DNA from: Chrysomallon squamiferum
Taxonomy: Eukaryota > Animalia > Mollusca
Direction of reading: 5' to 3'
Assembly (NCBI GenBank): GCA_012295275.1
Contig: CM022677.1
Location: 17,608,001 to 17,672,000, forward strand
DNA: 64,000 nucleotides
The translations under genes were made by a program, and so were the position numbers. The notes under the pieces are model-generated. The model saw nothing but the letters and a program-made list of their open reading frames with translations, searched no databases and was not told where the DNA came from. Positions 1-64,000 of this stretch are shown piece after piece. Within the stretch, counting starts at the first letter, position 1. Each line of letters opens with the position of its first letter.

Positions 1-185
1 CTGTAGAGTTAAATATATTTTTGTATTTATTTGTGTGTGTGTGTGTGTCTGTGAATTTTTTATTGTGTTTGTGATAAATATGTATTGAAACATTATACAA
101 TATCATGATATTTTCAATCTATTGAAATCTCTATCTGTGTCTAACTATTTATCTATCTCACTAGCTATTTCTGTATGTGTTTGTG

Positions 186-230
<45 letters not shown>

Positions 231-405
231 ACACATATACATATATACACACACTGAAATACTAAGGTATATTTGTTTTAAATAAAATTTACACAAATTA
301 AAACATTACATGTGTGTGTGTGTGTTTGTTTGTGTGTGTGTGCTGTTTTAAATACAGTATTTAGTTTGAGCTAGTAAGTATGGTTAATAGTTTAAAACAA
401 TAAAT

Positions 406-684
406 AGAAAGTTTAGATTATTGAATTTCAGAAACTAAAAATAATGAATATCTTCCTAATAAGAAAGTTTAGATTATTGAATATCAGAAACTAAAAATAA
501 TGAAGATCTTCCTAACAAGAAAGTTTAGATGATTCAATATCAGAAACTAAAAATAATGAATTTCTTCCTAACAAGAAAGTTTAGATTATTCAATATCAGA
601 AACTAAAAATGATGAATATCTTCCTAATAAGAAAGTTTAGATGATTGAATATCAGAAACTAAAAATGATGAATATCTTCCTAAT
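406..684. repeat. Tandem repeat, 56-bp unit x5
   Basis: agaaagtttagattattgaatatcagaaactaaaaataatgaatatcttcctaata starting at 406, 462, 518, 574 and 630. Confidence 0.95.
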
Positions 685-705
685 TCTTGTTTTTCTTTCT
701 TTCAG

Positions 706-54716
<54,011 letters not shown>

Positions 54717-55398
54717 GTAAGTACACTGGTTGTCACGGCAACATACATGATTAATAATAATTATATTTGTTTTGTTTTATTTTATTTTATTTTGTTTTGT
54801 TTGTTTTCCCAGTGCAGTTAATTATTGAAATACAGTAATTAAAATTCATACTCATTAAAGGTGAAACAAAAATACAGTAATGTATTTATTGTTTCAGAAT
54901 AAATAAATAAATAAGTCTAGAAAGAATAGGAAAAAATATTGAAATGGGTAGTAACAGGTTTAAATTTACACATTCAGAAAAACATTTATATAAATAAATA
55001 AAATACATTTTTCATTTACTATATATGGAAAAATTATTAATTTGGTAAATACAAAAAGGAAATAAATAATGGAAAACATTATTTTAAAAAAATTTTTATA
55101 AAACACGAAAAAGCTTTTAAATATTTTAAAATACATAAAAAATAGTCAAACTTTATACTGGAAACAAAATATATATAATAAAATGATAACATTGTATCTA
55201 TTAAATCAAATATTACCTAAAAAAAAAAGTATTAACATTTCCATTTAATACAAAAATAAAAAAGTTAATATAATATATTTTCAAAAACTAATATTGAATA
55301 AACTAAGTTATTAACTATTGTTGAGTTGCATATCAACTAAAAAAATTATCATATTTTAATACAGCAGTATTCTTCAAAACATAATAGAATAAAAGAAA

Positions 55399-55486
<88 letters not shown>

Positions 55487-56010
55487 CATACTCATGAACA
55501 CGCAAAAACATAGATATCATCATATACATATATTAAAAACACGAAGATTATGTATACGTGTGTGTGTGTGTGTGTGTGTGTCTGTCTGTGTGTGTCTGTC
55601 TGTCTGTCTCTGTGTGTGTGTGTGTGCTCTACGAAACAGCTCCAGCAGTGAAAGGGTTAACAGCAACAGCAGCAGCAGCGCTGTTCTAATGGAGAAGACA
55701 TATGGACTGGGTTAGTGAGAAATCCAGCGCACTGCTGTTACACATCTGGTTTCACTTAACCATGAAGCTGGCTCACACAGGCCTGAGTCTCCCAGCCTGC
55801 CTCCTCTGTTTACTTTGTAACTGGCAGCTCAGAAAAAACAAACCCAGCCAGCCAATCAGAGGCTGCGATAGCTGACTTGGGTGTTCAGAATAAACAGGAA
55901 AATGTCAGGACTGGGAAAGGAAGGTGTTTTCTTTGTGAGGCCCTCTTGAGGTGCGGATATTTTTGCTACTGGGGTGGGGTAGGCCCTGATAAGGTTTATG
56001 TAAGAAAAAA

Positions 56011-56061
<51 letters not shown>

Positions 56062-56228
56062 TTTATTTGTGAGGCACTGCTGGGGTTTATGCGTTTATAA
56101 AATTATTTATTTGTGAGGCCCATTATGTAGTTTATGCTGTATAAAAAATAATGTTAATTTTTTGAGGCCTTAAAGAGTTTGATATTTCATGATTATATAA
56201 AACTGTAGTATTTATAAAATAAAAATAA

Positions 56229-56269
<41 letters not shown>

Positions 56270-56528
56270 TACCTCTAAAGTGAACTGTTAGTATATTTAT
56301 TAAAACCAAAAATTGTTTTCATTTTTTTACTATTATTTTTTTTTTTTTTTATTATTTTATTTTTATTTTTTAAATAAATGAATCTGTTCTGAATTAGCAC
56401 AGCCCTGTTAACAAGATTTATAACAAATCTCACGAGGCCCTATCAAGGATTATATTATTCTACAGGAGGAAATATAAAAATTTCTATTTTCTTTTCTTTT
56501 TCTTTTTCTTTTTGCAATTTAAACACTA

Positions 56529-56561
56529 TATATAAACCCACAGAGGAGTAGTGGCTTCAGT
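56529..56561 (+). promoter_or_regulatory. Putative intronic core promoter: TATATAAA plus Inr TCAGT at canonical spacing
   Basis: TATATAAA starts 30 nt upstream of the A (56559) of TCAGT. Confidence 0.35.
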
Positions 56562-57286
56562 AACAATAAGTCCTGGAAATGTTAGTAGTTTGATGAGGGT
56601 TTCTTATCTAGGTGTGGCTAAGGGACTGCAATGGACGTAAAGGTTGATGTGAAAATGGAGTCGAGACTGAAAGATAGTTGTTGATGTTGGCAGATGTTGA
56701 GAAACTGGAGAATGTCAGGCTTTTAATCTTGTTTGTTATTTCGACTTTTCTGTTCTTCTTTTTAATTTGTAAATGAAACCGATTTTCAACACGTTATGTA
56801 GATTTATTTATTATTATTTTTTTTTTTTAATAAATTTTCAGTTTGTTGAATAACTGAAAGCTTCGTTTATGTTGCATTAAAATAACAAATAATTAAAAAT
56901 ATTAAAAAAAATTAATAATAAAACAGCATGAAGTATAAATAAAAATATATAGATTTATAAAAAATATATATATAAATTGTCAGTATTCTGATAGCCAAAA
57001 GATTTATTTTTGTTACTATATAATTGAAACACATAAATCATTTTTAATAACTAAAAATATTTAAAAATCAGAAATGAAACTACACAGATGTAAAATACTG
57101 ACAAAACAATTAATTAATAAAAAATAATAATAACAGTTTTATAAAGTCTCTAGTACCTGTAATAACTAAATAACTAACTAAAAAAATAATAATTATTGTT
57201 ATTCTTATTACTATTATTATTATTATAAATTATTATTAAAAATAAATTAAAAACTTGTTACCCCCAAAAAGGCCTCTTCACAGTAA

Positions 57287-57321
<35 letters not shown>

Positions 57322-57823
57322 ACCTTCCTAACTAGAGAGCCATGTGTTTGACACACGTGTGTGAATGGTTCCCAGCTTTCCCAGTGATCATATTGCTCCT
57401 GTCTTGTTGGCAAAGCTGTGAAAATATTCCTTGTCAGTGTCCCACATCCTTATATCACACCACATACATTACAGACTGTGTGATATCAGTTTATATGTGA
57501 CACCTCATAATTTATATAGTTTTGTAATTATAACCTGTCATTTTATTTTTTTTATTTTTTATTTTGTACAGAATGAGTGTTATTAAATTGGAGGGTTTGT
57601 AGTTTATATCGAGGGTAGTTTAATTATTATTATTTGAAAAACATATTTAAGAATTTAGTAATCATCATCATCATCATAATAAAAATAATTAATTTGAATT
57701 TAAAGAAAAACATTTTTTTTTTTTTTTCTTTTTACTAATTATATTTTAAATTAGTAGATTAAATTTCTGACCATATAAAAAATTGTTTACAACAATAAAA
57801 ACAACACACACATAAACACACAC

Positions 57824-57916
<93 letters not shown>

Positions 57917-59195
57917 ATGCAGACATTTAAAGCAAATCTTCATATTCACTTTTCACTAATGTGTTTTAAATTAGTAACAACGCAATTTCCGTTCACACAC
58001 ACACACACACACACACACAGACAGACCAAAGAACTATTCGGAGAATTTTATAATTGTTTATAATTGTAGAACATCCAGATGCTCTAACCCTCCTCCCCCA
58101 GCCTCACCCCCCTCCCCCAACCTCACCCACCATCCCGTGAAGCAATTATTTTCAGTAAAAACTGTTCTGCTGCAGTTTAATTTTTTTTGTGCAGGATTTT
58201 CAAACATCTGTTTTAAACATTGCATACCAGGCAGCCCAGATGGTTTTCCGTTTGTCTTTCTCTCTCTCACACACTTTAGAAAGTTTAAATTTTTTTTTTT
58301 TTCTTTCTGTTTACAGAATATGTTGTTAATGTTATCTGAAAAAAAAAAAAAAAAAAAAAAAGGTTGTAACAACTTCGTTTTGTTGTTTGAAAAAAAAAAA
58401 AAAAAATGATGTGTATTTATATTGGGTTAGTAAGTGATATTATTTTCATTATTAATATATAATGTTTCTGGAAATGTTTGTTTTTTTTTGATAACGTTAC
58501 AAATTTAATTCTGTTACAAGTATTAATGTGTATATATATATGTTTATCATTGATTCTGTTTCATAAATTAAATTTAAAATTCTGTTAATTCAAAGATATA
58601 ACTTCACTCTCACTACAAAACAGTTCTAATTATTGGAGAACAGATTGTGTTCCTACTCTATTATATTTTATATAACAACATTTATATATTTTGTTTTTGA
58701 TTTAACATAGTTTATGAATATAACAAGACTGAATATTGCTACTTTAAACGCTGGTAGGGTTTATAACATACAAAATAAAACTTATTAAGGCAGATTATAA
58801 TTTTTAAATCTGATTATAATCTAAATTAAAAAATATATATATATATTTATAAAGATATGAATTATTAAATTATATTTTTAAAATACTGATAATTTACATA
58901 AATTAGAAATAATAATATTATAAAGATTATTATTACAAAAACAATAATGACATTTAAAACAAATAAAATATATATATATTTTTTTTCAAAAATTATTATT
59001 TTCTTTTTAAAAGAAGTGATAATGATGTTTAAACGATAACGATGTTAAAACGCGTATTTTTCTATTAATAACTTCCAATGAATTAAACAGACGTTCATTA
59101 CCCACTCCCTCCCCAAACTAACTGCTGGTACAGCTGATTGAATTAACAGATTTAACAATAACATTTCTCTAACACACTCTCTCTGTCTATCTCAG

Positions 59196-59249
<54 letters not shown>

Positions 59250-60295
59250 AAACGAAGGGCAATTAAAAAACAAAAACCAATGACTAATGACGCATCCAGA
59301 CATCAACATGAAGGAGAAAAATGTCCTGAGATCTCTTTTTTTTTTTTTTTTGTTGTGAGAGAGTTATCCAAGGGGAGGTCACTGGTTATGGTAGAGTGGA
59401 GTTGAAGGACTTGGTCTGTGTTTTTGTGTTCTTCGCTGATCTCTTCGCCAGTCGGTGCCTCGCAGGTATTTCCGGTGCTGTGAGTTTGCCCTGCTCTGTC
59501 CACATGTTGTTGTCGTTAGTAACTGCTGTGATGAAAGATGGTTCTTCATTTTGTACTTCAAAAAAAAAAAAAAAAAAAAAGGAAGATGTCTTGTTTTTAA
59601 ATTAGTTCTTCATTTTGAAGATGCTGCAATGAGTTGTAAGAGGAATGCTAGACTTTATCTGAGGCTTTCTTTAAAAAGAAAAAAAAAATCGATTATTTTA
59701 AAAGTTATTAGGTTTTTTTGTTACCTGTAAGAACCGTTGTTTTAATTTAATTATTCTTTGTTTTCAGTCTGTTTCTGATTTGTTTATTAAATTTATGTTA
59801 TTATGGTTTATGGTTTTATTACAGTATTTTGAACTTGTTTTCTTAATGGTAATGAATTGAAAAACAAATATTTTCTGTAAAATATAACACCACAAACACA
59901 CACACACACATAAAGGACAAACAGACAGACAGATCATGGCCTATTATCTATTTAACATTCATTTTCAAAACACACAATTTCATAATCAAATAATATCTTA
60001 ACAAGATAAATAATAATAAAAAAAAAAAAAAAACCCTAAAAACCCAACTGGAATGAAATTCATAATCATAATCATAATACGAACAATCTCAGCATTAATA
60101 TTAAAATTTAAAAAAAAAAAAAAAAATAAATTATAAATTTAATATACCTGTAACATATAAAAAAAAATGACTTTAAGCAAGTCTAGTGAGTTTGGCACTG
60201 ATTCAAGCAGACCTGTTACTTTATAAATTACTGTTATAAATGCTGAGAAGCAGTTGTCAGGAATATATCACTGCTTTTATCAGAGTTCTGCACCT

Positions 60296-60544
60296 CATCT
60301 GGCGCCCACCTGCGATATTTTATCAACCATTAAAAAACATAGAAATCCTCACCTGTTCTGCAAAAAAAGTTAAACCACTGTAAAGTCATAACTTCGAGTC
60401 GAAACAATCGTAATTTCTACATCCCCGAGAGTGTGGAATTTTATTATTATCAGTTGTTTGGATAGTATCATTTGACAGGGACCAATTGCCTGGTGTGTTA
60501 TGTTAGACAGCTGTGTTACATCATCAGTGATTGGTGAACAGCTG
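60296..60544. promoter_or_regulatory. E-box cluster with CCAAT boxes
   Basis: CATCTG 60296, CACCTG 60307 and 60350, CAGCTG 60508 and 60539; CCAAT 60482, ATTGG 60530. Confidence 0.35.
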
Positions 60545-60992
60545 CGCGTGCTACTACTAGATATACAACTTATTCCAATTTTACTCTGATGTTGTTGAGC
60601 CGTTTGTGACAAGTTGTGCAAGGTTAAGGGGGATATATATATTCTGGATTTTAACAGTTCGAGGAGAGGTGTTTTTAGAAAAAAGACAGTTCAAGGTTGA
60701 GTTATGGATTATGACAGCTGAGAATAAGGAGAGTTATGGTTAATGACTTGAGGAGTTTAAGGAGAGCTATAGTTAATATCCCCAAGGATATTAAGGAGAG
60801 TTGTATATTAAGACAGTTGCTGATTTTAGGGGGAGTGGTGAATTAAAACAGTTCAAGATTAAGGAGAGTTTTGGATTAGTTAAGATAATGGGAATTTTTG
60901 ATTAAATCACCTGAAAGGAGTTTTGGATTAAGTCACCTGAAAGGAGTTTTTGATTAAGACAGTTGGCTGTCAGGGGGAGGAGAAGGAGGATC

Positions 60993-61119
60993 ATGTATCC
61001 CAACTCCTGGGGTCGTGGCTGGCCCCCAGTGGCCCTGTGAAACTCCCGAATACTCCCAAATAAACTCCTGTTCTCCTTTCTACAACGAGTACGGAAACTG
61101 GAGTTACCCTCAGTTCTGG
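60993..61119 (+). other. Candidate late alternative first exon with a 1-nt homopolymer frameshift (MYPNSWGRGW|PQWPCETPEYSQINSCSPFYNEYGNWSYPQFW)
   Basis: ATG at 60993 and donor TGG|gtaggt at 61120; removing one C from the C5 run at 61023-61027 gives a 42-codon phase-0 exon. Confidence 0.4.
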
Positions 61120-62434
61120 GTAGGTTGTGGAAATTGCTATATTTGTTTTATTTATGTTTTATTTGTTTGTATGAGAGAGAGTATGTGCATCTGTGTGTGT
61201 GTATTTATGTGTGTGTGTGTGTGTGTGTGTGTATTTATGAATGTGAGTATGTGTGTATGTGTGTTTATGAACGAATGAGTGTGTGTGTGTGTGTGTGTGT
61301 GCATTTATGAATGTCTGAGTGTGTGTGTGTGTGTGCATTTATGAACGTCTGAGTGTGTAGTGTGTGACCTCTGTATGTGTTTATTTGTCTGTCTGTCTGT
61401 CTGTGTGTGTGTGTGTGTTCTTTTGTTACTTTTTGCTCATTTTAGGGTAGGGAGGAATATCATACTGTGCATTAAAAACTGTTTCAGAATCAGAAATAAT
61501 CCGAATGTAAACAGCGTAGATAAAACTGGACATTTATGATGTACATGTTATCATGCCACAGATTAGATTCTCACATAAAATGATCAGAGTGTGTGTGTAG
61601 ACAATTTGTAAACACATTTTTAAACACATTAAAAGTGAAAAAAAAACACAATCTATTTCCGTTTACTGAGATGCAGATAATCTTTAAAATTTAATTGAAT
61701 ATGAAAACTTTAAAAAAAATTTATGTTAAATACAAAAAAAAAAAAAATTGGGAATAAAATATGTCTAAAGAAAATATATCATTATTAAATCTGCAGTTTA
61801 AAAACAAATGTAAATATCTTTAATTTTTTTTTTTTCTCTGTTTTTCTATCATTTCCTTATGGTAATTTAATATTATTACAGTGTTTCATACTTTGTGTTA
61901 TTAATAAATATATTTAATATTTTCTCCTTTAACGGTTTTGTTTAAACCTTATATATATATATCAAAACTTCTGTAACAAATAATTGTTATTTTTGTGTTC
62001 ACTTGAACTAAATGGTTATTTTATTCAGGTTTAATAAATATAAACATTTTACACGGATGTATTACACTAACCTGATTTCTTTTATTTTGGGGAGTAAATT
62101 GCTAAATAAAACCAATACTAGAATCTTGATAAATGCTGTTGTTATATGATATTTTTATCCTTCTGAATAACCAAAAAGTAAAATGTAAATTGTGGCAATA
62201 AATCTTTCAAAATATTTTTTAAATGTCATGTTCATCTGGAGGTGAATGCATTTGCCAGCATATCATATTTTGTTATGTTAATTATTTTAAATGTAACCTA
62301 ATACTTGATAAATGATCTGTTTCCCAGTGTAAAATATCTGAAATAAGATTATATCTTCCAGTAATACACCAGTGGTGAATAAATTTGTCAGCTAATAATA
62401 ACTTTATAGTTTTCACTTGAATTAAAATCCTTTA

Positions 62435-62505
<71 letters not shown>

Positions 62506-63284
62506 TTAATGATAATAACAATAATAAAATGTCCCTAAAAAAATGCTAGAATCTTTCAGACCCATCTTGCAGAATTTAAATGTATCAAAGAAATTCTCCA
62601 AATTCTCTTTTTAATGTTAAATTATCTGGTGGAAACTTCAAACATTTTTTATTTACTGACCAGTCAGGATTTATTTTTGAATTATATTTCACTCATGGTT
62701 TTCATAAATCTTTACATGTTGTTTAAAACCCTTTTAATGTCACAAAGGAACATGCTTAGAACTTCAAAATATTACCTTAACTATACACGTGGCATTGTAA
62801 ATCTTTGTCAAGATATTTAAACCCTCTTAAAAGTCAAAACAATTCACCTAAAAGCATTTTCTTTGTAAAAAAATATAAAAAATTAAAAAATTTGGTAATG
62901 TACAGTTAACACAGAATCATCAATATCATAAAATATTTGTAAAAAAACCATAAAAATAAATATAAACAGCTGTATCCTAAGAATTTATATTTTCACTTTA
63001 CATTTTTTTTATGAAGCTTTGTTCTTCAAAAGAAATTTTATTACAACCTTCTAATGACAAAGGTAAACCATACGATCGCAAGACATGATAAAGAGATGTA
63101 CAAGTTTATGTCACTGTTGTAAAAAGTGTATCCTAAAGTCTTGAATTTTTTTTATATCGCATTTAATCACGTTTATGACCATATTCAATTTGATACCATG
63201 GAAACAAATATATAATCTTTGTAATAATCTTTGTAATAATCTTATTGTTTTGAGGCATGTTAAACAAAAATATAAAACACAGAG

Positions 63285-63319
<35 letters not shown>

Positions 63320-63522
63320 AACTTGAAGATGTTTTTTGTTTTCACAATAATAATAATAATAATAATTAAATGCACAATATCTAATTCATTTTCCTTGTAT
63401 GTTTTAAAGTTATTAATGAAAGAAAGGGAAAGAGACCCAATGGAAAAAAACGATTGTGCATGTTTATATATTAATGTATATTTATATATATATGTGTGTG
63501 TGTGTGTGTGTATCTGTATGTG

Positions 63523-63577
<55 letters not shown>

Positions 63578-63597
63578 AGTGAAATGAATGAGTACAC

Positions 63598-63633
<36 letters not shown>

Positions 63634-63898
63634 GAAGGGATAAACAGAGAGTGTAAGAGTGATATGTTCACAGATGAAGAATACCAGTGTTATTGCATCT
63701 GTCAGTTCTACCACCTGCTGCCAACAGCTGTCAAAACACAGTTGCCTCCCTTGCACTGTTTTCCTAATGAAATGAGATAAAATTCATTTCGTGGAGTTGT
63801 ACTATGAAAAAAATGTCTAGAATTTTAAATTTTCTTTTTTAATTAAAAAAAAAGGTTACAGATGCACCTGCTATATGTGTCTGCTTGATAAAAAAAAA

Positions 63899-63929
<31 letters not shown>

Positions 63930-64000
63930 ATAGATAGATAATTCTTAAAGTAGTGTTATCACAAGCATTTACAAATGAAAGAGAAAAAGTAATAACAGTA

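Noticed and set aside
59388-59465. Possible first exon ending CAG|gtattt
   Set aside because: The phase-0 frame has TGA at 59403, five codons after the ATG.
54717-64000. bHLH-encoding exon
   Set aside because: No ERRxANNARER-type sequence seen; it presumably lies downstream of the window.

Overview
AT-rich, microsatellite-dense animal genomic DNA (invertebrate, probably mollusc/lophotrochozoan; inferred from composition and protein style). The whole window lies inside one plus-strand gene encoding a class I bHLH E-protein (TCF12/HEB-TCF4-TCF3/daughterless family). I traced 11 internal coding exons by hand (706-54716), all with AG/GT boundaries. Splice phases match throughout except for one frameshift inside a CA tract. 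The exons include the family hallmarks SQTGDALGKALASIY...SNPSTPVSSP and QSRMEERLDDAIHVLRNHA. The AD1 start and the bHLH exon lie outside the window. Main discovery: the long phase-0 introns hold several short ATG-initiated, phase-0 candidate alternative first exons. One, MYCTYPFYSPFMYLPAKLPN (38992-39051), resembles the vertebrate HEBAlt/TCF4-A 'Alt' domain and splices into the homologous VYSPS exon. Most entries in the supplied ORF track are microsatellite artefacts.
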